Counted from the stretch's first letter, positions 44,086 to 54,793 are shown. The stretch: DNA of 64,000 bases from Deltaproteobacteria bacterium (GCA_031276635.1 JAISMU010000045.1:2955-66954); one strand, 5' to 3'. The notes: a model not told the origin generated them from the letters alone. Made by a program: numbers and translations.

Positions 44086-45050
44086 GGCCCCCCAGAATAA
44101 AATCGCGCCATCAGCCAGGACCAGTTGGTCAGACGCCTCTCTGGCCGCCGGCCAGTGAGCTCTCCGTCTTGTGAATTTCCTTTCCACGAAAAAAAAATCA
44201 GACTCTGATGAAAAAAGAGACCGCCAGGCTGGGCAAATATGTTGGCCCCCGAGGATTTTCGCCATGAGGGGCTTCAGGTTTAGGCTTGACTGTTAGGGAG
44301 GAGACCAGCGGAGCCAAGTTTGGGCAAAATGTTCGGGTTGAGCTGACGTCCTGACAGTGAGTTTCGACCGGGAGCCCAGGCTTTTGGGGAACGCTATGAC
44401 CGCCGCTGTTTTATTAAAGAATCTCTAATGTCCTATTGGGATTGTTTTATCACGAAACATATTTATATAATATGGAAAATAAACTGCCTGAAAAATGTAA
44501 TTAATTAAAAAAATTAAAATATACATTTGAATATCAGTTTAATAACATAAGATTAATTAAGATAATTAATTTTTATTAAGTATAAAAAATGATTTAAAGT
44601 TATATATTTATTATAAAATGTACAAAATAATAAAGTATAAATTTAAAGTTGTGTTAAATGAATAATATATAAAATATTTACTTGAATTATATTATTAATC
44701 AATAAATCTTTGCAGCTAAATATTTTATAAAAATAATTTATGTATTATTATAGTAAAATTTTAAATTAAACAAGCGAACAAATTTTTTCTGGCCTAATAA
44801 AAAATTTAACTTTTGATGTCTGTAATTTGTCATATAAAATTAATATTATCAGATAAAAAAAGTAATGACAGGAAATTGTCAAAATTTAGTATGCCTAACA
44901 TATAGAAAATAATATATATTTTTTTGATATTATTTTTAAAACAGTTTTATAAAGGCTGCCGAATAAGAATCTTCATTTTGAATCTAAAAAAGGTAAAAAA
45001 ATTTTCCTTCCCCGCAAAAAAAATTTGACAAAGAAAAAATTTTATTTTAC

Positions 45051-45088
45051 CCTTGTTTTAGATCAAATCATATTTGATTAAAACAAGG
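45051..45088 (+). promoter_or_regulatory. hairpin overlapping the transposase Shine-Dalgarno sequence
   Basis: CCTTGTTTTAGATCAAAT-cat-ATTTGATTAAAACAAGG (one indel). The 3' arm ends in AAGGAG, 7 nt before the ATG at 45096. Confidence 0.45.
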
Positions 45089-45095
45089 AGTTCGC

Positions 45096-46673
45096 ATGGC
45101 CGAAACTCAAGTCACACGGATTGATGTGAATTCTCTTTCTCAACCTCCTCTCCCGGGCTATATTGTATTGGACAATACAAATAGCGGTACTTATGCTAGG
45201 TATTTTGAAAACAGACCTAAATTTAATGGCAAATATCAGCGAGTATATTTTAATATTGGTAAAATTATTGATGATAAGTTAGGAATTTATAAGAATTCTA
45301 AACTTGGATTTATTTCTTTCTCCTTACAAAATGGAATAGGAACTGTTCCTCCAGGTTTTGTAGACCCATCTATTGAAAATCGATTGGAGCATATAACACT
45401 TAATTTTGGTGATATATGGATGTATAATCATTTTTTAAAAAAAATTGGTCTTGATTCAATAATAGACAGTCTTATTCCTGAAGAAAATAATTTTTTTAAA
45501 GCATTAGTAGGATATAGATTACTGGAACCAATGCCCTATAGTTATGCTGAAGCTTGGTATCGCAAATCTTTTGCTCTTATTCTTTATCCGGATGCGAATC
45601 TAAGTTCCCAAAGAATTAGTGATTTTTTAGTTAAAATTGGACATGAAGATATATACAATTCATTTTTTAACTATTATTTTAGTTTAATTTCAAAAAATAA
45701 TAATATAAATAAAAAAATTTCTTTTCCAATACTTATTAATAGTACTGGCTTGCTAAATGATATTAAAATTAATTTAACTGCTGCTAAAAATAATAATAGT
45801 ATAATAAATAATGAAATGAGACTTATATATGTTATTGATAAGAATACTAAATTACCTATTTATTTCAGATATGTATCTGGAAAAATTATTGATAATAATA
45901 TATTAATAAATACGTTAAATATTTTATCTCCATATAATATTAATACAGAATTAATTATCATGGATGCCGGATATTATTCTGGAAATAATATATCTGAATT
46001 AATTTCTACAAATATTCCTTTTATTATAAGAATGACAAAAAATAGTAAAGAATATAAAGAGTTAATGGTTAAGTATGGTGATAATCTGAAAACTACTAGA
46101 AATTCAATTAAATATGAATCTAGAGTCTTATTTGGAATAAAAGTACCTATTATATTATATGATACACAATTATTTGCTTATATATTGTTGGATATCGATA
46201 CTGCAAGGGAAGAAGAAAAAGGTATTATTTATAAATACGATATTAACGAAGATAATTATAATGATATTCAAGAAAAATTAAATTCAGCTGGTAAATTTAT
46301 TTTATTGTCATCTGTTGAATATGATATTCACGAAATGTTGCCTTTATACTTCACAAGACAACATATAGAAAAAATTTTTGATATTTGTAAATCATATATA
46401 GATATAATGCCATTAAGAGTTCATAACGAAAAATCATTAAGAGGAACATTATTAATATTTTTTATTACTTCAATTATTTATTCTTTTATAAGTAATGAGT
46501 TGAAAAAATCTGAATATAATGTAATTGGTTCTTTTTATCTTATGAAATTATTACAAATTGATATATATAATTCATCTAAAATTGTGCAAGAACTAACTAA
46601 AGACCATCATGAAATAATTAAACTTTTAAATATTGACTGCCCATATAAAATTGAGACAGGTAATCAGTTATAA
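45096..46673 (+). CDS. IS4-superfamily (IS1634-like) DDE transposase, AT-rich
   Basis: 525 aa with an IIMDAGYYS block (second catalytic Asp context). The diagnostic Y-(2)-R-(3)-E-(6)-K signature is present in YFTRQHIEKIFDICK. I could not define element ends or inverted repeats. Confidence 0.75.
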   Translation: MAETQVTRIDVNSLSQPPLPGYIVLDNTNSGTYARYFENRPKFNGKYQRVYFNIGKIIDDKLGIYKNSKLGFISFSLQNGIGTVPPGFVDPSIENRLEHITLNFGDIWMYNHFLKKIGLDSIIDSLIPEENNFFKALVGYRLLEPMPYSYAEAWYRKSFALILYPDANLSSQRISDFLVKIGHEDIYNSFFNYYFSLISKNNNINKKISFPILINSTGLLNDIKINLTAAKNNNSIINNEMRLIYVIDKNTKLPIYFRYVSGKIIDNNILINTLNILSPYNINTELIIMDAGYYSGNNISELISTNIPFIIRMTKNSKEYKELMVKYGDNLKTTRNSIKYESRVLFGIKVPIILYDTQLFAYILLDIDTAREEEKGIIYKYDINEDNYNDIQEKLNSAGKFILLSSVEYDIHEMLPLYFTRQHIEKIFDICKSYIDIMPLRVHNEKSLRGTLLIFFITSIIYSFISNELKKSEYNVIGSFYLMKLLQIDIYNSSKIVQELTKDHHEIIKLLNIDCPYKIETGNQL

Positions 46674-48027
46674 AAACTATCATATGTGCAAAATTACAAT
46701 CTAAAAATACAAAAAGAAGCCGTTTTAAGTGAAATAAAAATTGACAAAAACCTAATTTATCAATAAATAATGTTTAAAATAATATTATTAATAAAAAAAA
46801 GATGACTCCTTAATGGAAGTAAAAATAAGTTTAATAAAAATCAATAAAAAAGTAATTTTTATTTATTTTATTTCTTTTAGATGTTTAATTAAATTTTTTA
46901 TATTAAATAATTAATATTTTAAAATTAATGTAATTTTATAAAGTAAAATTTCCCATCACCGGATCATGGCGAGCGCCCCTAAATTGAAGCGCAAAAAAAT
47001 GTTTTTTTTAGATCCAAAAAAATTGGGAACTACGGATTAATAAAAAAATAAATTTTTGTATTCTTTAAGAATATTATCAACTTAATAAAAATTTATACCT
47101 TTAAATTAATCTTGCTCTTAAAAGACCAATCTTAAATAACCTATATTCATCTAAATTTTTATAGATATATTTTTTCAGCATGAATATCTTCTGCTTTTAA
47201 TCAGAAGAACTAAATTTTTGTAAAATTTTACTTTAAACTGACACAAACTATTAACAACCGGACAAAAAAATTTTGTAATAAAATCATCACATTAGCATCT
47301 CAGTATGAAAGGTTTTTTAACCATATCAAGGATGGAAAATAATGCTCATTGGGCATGGCCTCCACTCCTCGAGTCTGAAATGTCAAAAGTCTCTGTTCTG
47401 ATTTTGGAAAATTGTATTTAGTTTTCTAGAAAAAAATAATATATATTGCTATAATTTACGATCAATATATAATAAATCACATAAAAATAATAATTTAATC
47501 ATTAAATTTATAACTAAGTAATTTATAAAATTTTGATTAACACTAATTCATTCATTTTAGAAACAATTATACTGATATATTTGGTTTGAACAACTAATTG
47601 ATAGAGTTATTAAAGGTGGTAAATGATAAAAAACTGTTTTTAATCAATTTAATGATATTAAATTTTTAATATTTTTGATATTATTATTGTAAATAGACTA
47701 AATATATAACAAAATTTAAATTAACAATATCTTGTTAAAATGCTAGAGAAATATATATTTTCAACTTTTGGTTTAATTTTTGTTATACGGCAAACAGGCG
47801 GGAAATTTTAAGACTTTCCAGCTGGGGTGGGTTACGGCGATTTAGCCCGACCTCAACGCCTCCAGTTTCTTTCAATTTAAGACGCGGGCGGTCTGGCCAA
47901 AGCGCGGTTGCGGATCTATTTTAACCGTGGTCATTAGCGGGCGCAATATTTTTAATGGCCAGCGAAACGTGTTGTCACGCGGCCCTGACCATGCTATTAT
48001 TAGTCAAATTAATTCATTGGGGCACCT

Positions 48028-48531
48028 ATGGACCGTTACCGCCACTTATCCCACTCAGCCAAGCCAACTTTTCGAGGGATAGGCGAAAAATGGTGGATCT
48101 GGCTATCGGTGGCGGCTCTACTTTATATCCCGATTGGCTGCTCCTCAGTGTCTGATGAGGAGATGACCAAACTGAGGGAGGAGACCTACGCCCTGGAGGC
48201 GGAGTTGGCCGCGGCTAAACAAGAGGCCGCAATTCTGGACCGGGTTTTGACCAACGTCTACAAGGAACGGGATAACCTGGTTGACCAGATTAACCGAGCC
48301 ACAGCTGAGTCTCAGGGCCTCCCCCCGCCCGCGCCGGCCTCTGAGCCTGGTCAGCCCAGCCCTGAGCCGCAGTCTAGGCTTTATCTGGCCCAAAGCGGGG
48401 ACACTCTTTCCTCCATCGCCCAAAAGCACCAAACCACGGTCCAGGTTTTGTTAGAGCTTAACCCTCACATCAGTCGCCGGGGCAATCAAATGGTCTGGGT
48501 TAATGATGAGGTGATCTTGCCGTCGCGCTGA
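48028..48531 (+). CDS. LysM-domain protein with coiled-coil, probable lipoprotein
   Basis: Hydrophobic N-terminus ending IPIGC, a coiled-coil (EEMTKLREETYALEAELAAAKQEAAIL), a P-rich linker, and a C-terminal LysM (YLAQSGDTLSSIAQKHQTTVQVLLELNP). Confidence 0.7.
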   Translation: MDRYRHLSHSAKPTFRGIGEKWWIWLSVAALLYIPIGCSSVSDEEMTKLREETYALEAELAAAKQEAAILDRVLTNVYKERDNLVDQINRATAESQGLPPPAPASEPGQPSPEPQSRLYLAQSGDTLSSIAQKHQTTVQVLLELNPHISRRGNQMVWVNDEVILPSR

Positions 48532-48637
48532 CCTTTGGGACTGGCGGCCCAAAAGGTGGACGGCCTTAATTTTAGCCTGGCGAAAGCTAATTAACCTGAA
48601 AAACGATCCCAAGTTACATCCAGATATATAAATTTAT

Positions 48638-49768
48638 ATGAGTAGAGACAGGCTCAGAAAAACCCGGCGCCTGGTGGTTAAGATAGGCAGTCAGGTCATC
48701 AGTGATGGGTCCGGGCTGGCTTTGGGCCGACTGAGGGCTTTGGCCCATCAGATCGCCGAACTCAAAAGGCAGGGCCGGGAATGCTTGGTGGTATCATCTG
48801 GAGCTGTGGCCTCAGGCGTTAAACGACTGGGTTTAAGCGTCCGCCCCACCACCTTGCGCCTCAAGCAGGCCGCCGCCGCCGCTGGCCAAGTTGCCTTGAT
48901 GATGGCCTGGGAAAAGGCTTTGGGAGTCTTTAACCTCAAAGCCGCCCAAATCCTCTTGACCGCCGAGGACCTGGCTGATCGAGGCCGATTCCTCAACGCC
49001 AAAAACACCTTGTCCGCCCTGCTGGAGATGGGCCTGATCCCGGTGGTCAATGAGAATGACACTGTGGCTGTGGAGGAGCTCAAGGTCGGGGACAATGACA
49101 CCCTGGGGTCCTTGGTGGCCTCTCTGGCCGAGGCGGACTTGTTTGTCAACCTCACCGACCAGGAGGGTCTGTTTGACTCAGACCCGAAAACCAACCCCGC
49201 CGCGTCTCTGATTGAGGAGGTCCCCAAGGTCTCCGCCGCGACCCTGGCCTTGGCCGGGGGATCTTCGGGACCATTGGGAACCGGGGGCATGCTGACCAAA
49301 GTCCGGGCGGCTGGTCGTCTGGCCGAGCGGGGCGTGCCGTCCATCATCGCTTGCGGCCTGACTCGGGACATCCTTTTACGACTGATCGAGGAAGAGAGGT
49401 TAGGGACTTATTTTCCGCCCGCCGTCAAAAGGCGAGGGGCCTATAAGCACTGGCTGGCTTTCGCCGCTCGGCCCAAAGGCGCGCTGGTGGTGGACGCCGG
49501 GGCGGCGGCGGCTCTGCGGGAAAGAGGCAAAAGTCTCTTGCCCGGGGGAGTGGCCGGCGTGGAAGGCCTATTCGCGGCGGGAGACCCGGTCTCCATAACC
49601 CTGGCCGGTCAAGATCCCTTTGGAGTGGGTCTGGTCAACTACAGTTCCCCAGAAGTGAGTCAGATCATGGGTCTGGCCAGCCACGAGATCGCCGCTAAAC
49701 TCGGCTATAACCATTCCGAGGAAGTTGTTCATCGCGATAACCTGGTCGTTTTTCCAGTCCAGGACTGA
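48638..49768 (+). CDS. proB: glutamate 5-kinase
   Basis: The N-terminal amino-acid-kinase domain is supported by the blocks VVKIGSQVISD, VVSSGAV, NENDTV, DNDTL and GTGGM. A C-terminal PUA domain follows. 376 aa. Confidence 0.95.
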   Translation: MSRDRLRKTRRLVVKIGSQVISDGSGLALGRLRALAHQIAELKRQGRECLVVSSGAVASGVKRLGLSVRPTTLRLKQAAAAAGQVALMMAWEKALGVFNLKAAQILLTAEDLADRGRFLNAKNTLSALLEMGLIPVVNENDTVAVEELKVGDNDTLGSLVASLAEADLFVNLTDQEGLFDSDPKTNPAASLIEEVPKVSAATLALAGGSSGPLGTGGMLTKVRAAGRLAERGVPSIIACGLTRDILLRLIEEERLGTYFPPAVKRRGAYKHWLAFAARPKGALVVDAGAAAALRERGKSLLPGGVAGVEGLFAAGDPVSITLAGQDPFGVGLVNYSSPEVSQIMGLASHEIAAKLGYNHSEEVVHRDNLVVFPVQD

Positions 49769-49982
49769 TAGTTCTAACATTTTTTTAAAACTAACTAAAA
49801 AAAATTAATATATAAAAATTAATTTTTTAAATAAAGCATTATTATTTCAAATATTTATCTATATTAATATCTAAAAAAATTTGGATTGGTTTTTTGTCAT
49901 CTTGCTCTGTCAAAAAAATTTATTTCAAAATATATCTATTTTTCTTTAAGATTAACTTACCAACTTAGATTAGGAAAAGCGA

Positions 49983-51590
49983 ATGAAAATTCGTTGTCTG
50001 GGAGCCATTAGGACAGTTACCGGTTCATGTTTCCAGCTGGAAAACCCGGCAGGCGGCCTGACTCTGCTGGACTGTGGCCTTTTTCAGGGTGGCCGCCAGA
50101 CAGAGTTGCGTAATTTTAACACAGCCCTTTATAAGCCCGACCAAGTTCGGGCTATAGTCATAACCCACGCGCACATGGATCACTCGGGCCTGGTTCCCCG
50201 TCTGGTCAAGGCCGGGTATCGGGGCCCAGTATACGCCACCCCGGCCACCAGCGAGTTGTTGAGGATCTTGTGGCTGGACGCGGCCCATATCCAAGAGCAG
50301 GAGGCCAGTTGGAAGACTCGCAAGAATAAGCGTCAGGGCCAGAAAAACGTGGAGGCGCTGTACTCGGAAGAGGACGCTCTACTGGCCGGGAAGCTTCTGG
50401 AGCCCCTCGCTTCCAACCAAGCCGTGGAGATCCAGCCTGGCTTAACTGTGACTCTGATTCCGGCTGGCCACATTCTGGGGGCGGTTAGCGCGTTATTCAC
50501 AGCCTGGGATAAAGGTTCCGAGGAGCGGGTTTTATTTTCTGGGGACCTAGGGCGTCATGGTCAATTGTTGTTGCCTGATCCGCAGATCCCCCCGCCGGTC
50601 GACCTGATCTTTATTGAAACAACTTACGGCAATCGTCGGCACAAAGATCTGGGCTCGTCCATTGAGGAATTGGTGACGGTCATAAACCAGGCTTACCGGG
50701 AGGGCGGCAAAGTCCTCATTCCGGCCTTCGCGGTGGAGAGAACCCAGGAAATTCTGTTCCTGCTGTCCACGCTCTGGCACGAGGGCCGGATCCCGCGGGA
50801 TATCCCGGTAATTCTGGACTCACCCCTGGCCACCTCCACCAGTGAGGTGTATATCCAAAATCAGAGTCTCTTTGACCAGAATTCCCGGCGGCTCATCAAG
50901 GAGGGATTCAGCCCCCTGAGCGTGACCACCCTCCGGGTGACCCGGTCCATGGAGGACAGTCGCCAGATCAATGACCTTGAAGGGTCAGCTGTCATCGTGG
51001 CTGGCTCGGGCATGGCCAACGCCGGTCGAATCCTCCATCATTTAAAGCATAATCTTTGGCGGCCCAACTGCCACGTGGTCTTTGTGGGTTTTCAGGCTCA
51101 AGGCTCCACCGGTCGACGTTTGGTGGATGGGGCCGAATCGGTTAAGCTCTTTCGGGAGTCGGTTTTGGTTAAGGCGCGGATCCACACCATTGGCGGCTTT
51201 TCCGGGCACGCTGACCAAGCCGAGCTGGTGGAGTGGTTGCGACCGCAGATCCATCCTGGCCTGAAAGTGGTCCTGATTCACGGGGAAGAGGCTGGCACCC
51301 TAGCCTTTGAGGAACATCTTCATGGCCTGTTTCCAGATTTGGCCACTGTGGTCCCGCATTGGTTGGAGACCCTGGAGGCGACCGGGACCAGGATTCCAGC
51401 CGAGTCGCCCCAGGAGGCTCAGGCGATGGTGGCCGACTGGAGCCGCAGCTTTCAGAATCGCCTGGCCAGGCTCTCGGGCTGGCTGGCTGGACGCCAGCGA
51501 CCCTTTGAGCCAGCGGAGCTGGCTGACCTGGAGAGTCTGTTGAGCCGGGCCGAAGAGATGGTCTTAAGAGATCAGGCCTCGATCGATTAA
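49983..51590 (+). CDS. MBL-fold beta-CASP family RNA-metabolising hydrolase
   Basis: Metallo-beta-lactamase motif ITHAHMDHSG, beta-CASP blocks (IETTYGNR, IPAFAVERTQE, GFSGHAD) and a C-terminal extension. SD AGGAAAAG. Confidence 0.85.
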   Translation: MKIRCLGAIRTVTGSCFQLENPAGGLTLLDCGLFQGGRQTELRNFNTALYKPDQVRAIVITHAHMDHSGLVPRLVKAGYRGPVYATPATSELLRILWLDAAHIQEQEASWKTRKNKRQGQKNVEALYSEEDALLAGKLLEPLASNQAVEIQPGLTVTLIPAGHILGAVSALFTAWDKGSEERVLFSGDLGRHGQLLLPDPQIPPPVDLIFIETTYGNRRHKDLGSSIEELVTVINQAYREGGKVLIPAFAVERTQEILFLLSTLWHEGRIPRDIPVILDSPLATSTSEVYIQNQSLFDQNSRRLIKEGFSPLSVTTLRVTRSMEDSRQINDLEGSAVIVAGSGMANAGRILHHLKHNLWRPNCHVVFVGFQAQGSTGRRLVDGAESVKLFRESVLVKARIHTIGGFSGHADQAELVEWLRPQIHPGLKVVLIHGEEAGTLAFEEHLHGLFPDLATVVPHWLETLEATGTRIPAESPQEAQAMVADWSRSFQNRLARLSGWLAGRQRPFEPAELADLESLLSRAEEMVLRDQASID

Positions 51591-51700
51591 GAGATTGGCC
51601 GCCCGTTTTTTAATTCGGTTTTTTAACCAGAGCGCCTTTTTGGCTAGATCTCTGGCCGGTCCAGGCTTTAGGCTCAACTGTCGTTAACTATATTTATTTA

Positions 51701-51957
51701 CATATCCCGCAACATCCAGTTAACCTCGTTGGCCAGCGGCCAAAGCGCTCTCCTTCCTCAATGTGAATTTTGATTTACAGCAAAGGCCCGGAAGCTGGGC
51801 AGATAATCTCTCCATCTACCCTTGCCACTCGCGTTTTAGCCAACCATTGGGGCTCCGGTCTCATCAGCTCTGGGTTGGCCCACCTGAGGGAAAACAGGAG
51901 TCAGAGCCCGTAAATCGCACGGTTAGCCGAGCTATTGGAGGATAGGTTAAGTTTAAA
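51701..51957 (+). repeat. dispersed ~250-bp non-coding repeat, copy A
   Basis: Aligns by eye with 52650-52893. Shared blocks are CTCAATGTGAAT, CAGATAATCTC, CGCGTTTWAGCCA and GCTATTGGMGGAT. Confidence 0.7.
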
Positions 51958-52649
51958 GGTAAAAAACATTATCAGTAGAGACTAATTGCCCTGGGATAAC
52001 AGTTAATGATGGAAAAATAAGTTTAAATTGGAAGTATATCAGGCTATTCCATAGAAATGATGGCTACGATTACGCCATTTCAAAACCTGTCAGCGCACAT
52101 TATTAAAGGTGAAAATATTTTACTCTTCAATTTCGAGGGTTAAGTTCATACATAGAGAGTCCAAGGTTGAAGCCACAGGTCCAATTTTACTTTCTCTTGT
52201 GAACGCTTACAGGAGAAAAGGCTCGTTTGGGTCCCAGGTATACGGCAAAAACCTACCGGCTATCTGGGGCCCGCATATGGCCAGATTCCTTTTTTTGGCT
52301 TCATAGCCGTAAATTAATTTAAGCGGTCGAGCGTGAGATAAGATTAGGCTATTATACCCTAGATGTCCAGAATTTTTAATATCTTAAAATTGATACATTA
52401 AATATAATTAGTAATTTTATTTTATAACCAAAAATAATTAATAATATAAGATTATTATATTTATTTATAAAATAAATTTAATTGATAAAAATAATACGTC
52501 AAGATATATCATGTTTTTAGTTGTTGAGGTATGTCATAATGTTTATAAAGCACTAATTACTCTGCTGAAAAGTACATTGATGAACTCAATGAGGCAGGAC
52601 TCTTAGGTGAATTCCATAAAATTTAAAGATCTGTTAATTATATCTTGCC

Positions 52650-52893
52650 TCATCCCGCTAGCTTCGTTGCCAGCGACAAAGCTCTCTCCCACCTCAATGT
52701 GAATCCGATTTTACCGCAACCGCCCAGGAAACTGGCCAGATAATCTCCTCTCCTTCCCCTTTCCAATCGCGTTTAAGCCAGCCCTTGAGGCGCGTCTCTC
52801 AGCTTTTGACTTGGTCCGCTAGAGTACGCGCGAGAATCAGCTCCTCGGAAATTGCGCATTTGGCCGCGCTATTGGCGGATTGTTTAAATTATC
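52650..52893 (+). repeat. dispersed ~250-bp non-coding repeat, copy B
   Basis: See copy A. It lies about 275 bp upstream of the first mini-DnaJ gene. Confidence 0.7.
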
Positions 52894-53168
52894 GTTAAAA
52901 TCAATAATTGGCATTTTAAAAATAAATATTGAAATAAATTTATATATTTTAGGTTTGCTGGGCGAATGGTAATGGGACATAAGCTGGTTAGGGAGCGGGG
53001 CATTGTGAAGCTGGGGCCCCAAATCGTGCTGTGATCTTCACACTTGGCCAAGGGAACCGGAAAATTTTTCAGATAACTTATTAAAATTATTTAATAAATT
53101 AGATTGGCTCAATATTTGCTTTCTCAGTTAGTCAGGGAAACTAAAAAGCCCTAAAAAAGGAGAAAACA

Positions 53169-53645
53169 ATGACTCACCCGACTCACCCGCAGGAATATAT
53201 TCACCCTTCACCCTTGGCCCCAGTCGCGTTTGAGAATTCCACCCTGGGGGAGATTGTGGAATTAGATCTGGCCAAACTTTTAAGCCAGAGACAAGAGGGG
53301 CTGGACATTCATTATGAGCTGCCCATGAGGCAAGTTGATGGAAGCTTGATTCTGGTGGTTCCCAGGACTTTCCAAGTGGTCTGCCCGCGTTGTTATGGCC
53401 AAGGCCGGTCTTTTAGCCGGTTGGAGCGGGACTCAGAATATCTGGCCATCACTTGTCCCCGCTGCGGGGGCCCAGGTTATCTGGAAAACGCCCGGCCAAT
53501 CAAGATTGAGGTTACCCCAGAGATGGTCGCCGCTGGCCAGATCAAGTTAGAGGGGGCCGGAGTCTATGATCACCATAACGTCCGGCGGGGCGACCTGTAC
53601 ATTGATTTTAGTTTCCCTAACTTGAGTTCGGAGGTCAAACATTGA
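53169..53645 (+). CDS. truncated DnaJ-like protein (half zinc-finger + CTD-I-like), no J-domain, paralog Q1
   Basis: Two CxxCxGxG motifs (CPRCYGQG, CPRCGGPG), flanked by DnaJ CTD-I-like strands (GLDIHYEL..., IKLEGAGVYD....RGDLYIDF). SD AAGGAGA. Confidence 0.75.
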   Translation: MTHPTHPQEYIHPSPLAPVAFENSTLGEIVELDLAKLLSQRQEGLDIHYELPMRQVDGSLILVVPRTFQVVCPRCYGQGRSFSRLERDSEYLAITCPRCGGPGYLENARPIKIEVTPEMVAAGQIKLEGAGVYDHHNVRRGDLYIDFSFPNLSSEVKH

Positions 53646-54105
53646 GGGAACCGAGCCAGCGCCCATTTACGTCTCTGACGGCGTGGAGGCTCTCTCTGAG
53701 ATGGGAGGCCAGAACGAAAAAAAAACAGGTCAGTATAAAGCTGGCTTGTTCGGTAACAGTTGGAAATTAATGAATAATAATCCCACTCAGGATAAATGAA
53801 GCCATTTGACCGGGAAGGTAATCTGGCCTAGCAAGTACGTTCATTTACCCAACTAGGCGTCAGGTAATTTTACGCGGGAGTTAACAAAATTAGATTAAGC
53901 CTCAAGCGTCAGAATTTTGACACAAGTTATGACGGTTGCTCCCTATTCTAGCTGATGATTAAGTCAACCCGAAAAACCCCTGCGGAAGAAGATTAATTTT
54001 GAGGCCTTTGAACGTATAACATCTGAGAATTATTTAATAAAAATAATTGGTATGGTAGTTGCAACGGTTAAGAACAAGTAAAAAACTCAGACCGGAGGAG
54101 ACAAA

Positions 54106-54567
54106 ATGACCCAACTTCGTTCGTATAAGGACTTAAGCCCTGTGGCGGGGCTGGCCACTTGGGAATTTAAAGATGGCTACCAAAATCTGGCCACCTCCAA
54201 GCTGTTGAGCCTGAAAGAGGAGGGCATGGATATCCATTATGAGCTGGCGGTGGTCAGAATAGAGGGGCAGTTCACGGTGGCGGTTCCCTGGGCGGTTAGG
54301 TCCGTTTGCCCGGCCTGTTATGGCAGCGGTCAAGTCGTCACCCAATCAGGGCAGGGGGATATTTACCGGGCCACCGCTTGCCATCGGTGTGGGGAGCGGG
54401 GGTATCTGGAGACCATTAGCCCGATTACGGTTTTGGTAACCCCGAGGATGGCTGAGGAAGGCCAAATCTGGCTCAAAGGAGCCGGGCTGTATGATCCCAG
54501 GTCCACAAGTCGGGGGGATCTCCTCCTGAAGCTTAAATTTGTTGATAGCCTGCCTCAAAGCCATTAA
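54106..54567 (+). CDS. truncated DnaJ-like protein, degenerate J-domain remnant, paralog Q2
   Basis: CPACYGSG and CHRCGERG motifs, GMDIHYEL, IWLKGAGLYD...RGDLLLKL. The N-terminus MTQLRSYKDLSPVAGLATWEFK aligns with the J-domain start of Q3, but the HPD segment is missing. SD GGAGGAG. Confidence 0.75.
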   Translation: MTQLRSYKDLSPVAGLATWEFKDGYQNLATSKLLSLKEEGMDIHYELAVVRIEGQFTVAVPWAVRSVCPACYGSGQVVTQSGQGDIYRATACHRCGERGYLETISPITVLVTPRMAEEGQIWLKGAGLYDPRSTSRGDLLLKLKFVDSLPQSH

Positions 54568-54669
54568 GTGAGGGTCGTTTTGAAAAATATCTTGAGGGTT
54601 TGGAGAGAAAAATTACGATTATCATCTTGTTGGGAGCTTAATATCTTGAAATAAGTTTTGGTTAGTTAA

Positions 54670-54793
54670 TGACGTCTTCGCAAAAACCCTAATTTTAAAA
54701 AATTGTCTTAAAATAAAATCAGTGTTTACAATATGTTACCAAACGTAATTTCTGAGAAGTTGACTTATTGCGAGGGCGTCAGTTAATAACTAG
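54670..54793 (+). repeat. dispersed non-coding repeat R1, copy X
   Basis: TGACGTCTTCGCAAAAACCCTAATTTTAAAAAATTGTCTTAAAATAAAATCAGTGTTTACAATATGTTACCAAACGTAATT matches copy Z (29210-29345). Confidence 0.7.

Noticed and set aside
44960-46730. Terminal inverted repeats for the transposase-bearing element
   Set aside because: The only match is about 10 nt (CTTCATTTTG at about 44968 versus the reverse complement CTTCTTTTTG at about 46715). That is not convincing in such AT-rich sequence, so the element boundaries are left undefined.
44400-47800. CRISPR-like arrays in the AT-rich islands (also checked 16200-16500, 29340-29440, 55800-55940, 60100-60700)
   Set aside because: I saw no regularly spaced identical 24-40-nt repeats. 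The apparent repetition is low-complexity A/T sequence. No cas genes are present.
48748-49371. 207-aa minus-strand ORF inside proB
   Set aside because: It is antisense to a strongly supported glutamate 5-kinase, and its product is R/S/A/P-rich low complexity.
51763-51945. 60-aa ORF inside repeat copy A
   Set aside because: The homologous frame in copy B is interrupted by a stop after about 13 codons, so the conservation between copies is at nucleotide level, not protein level.
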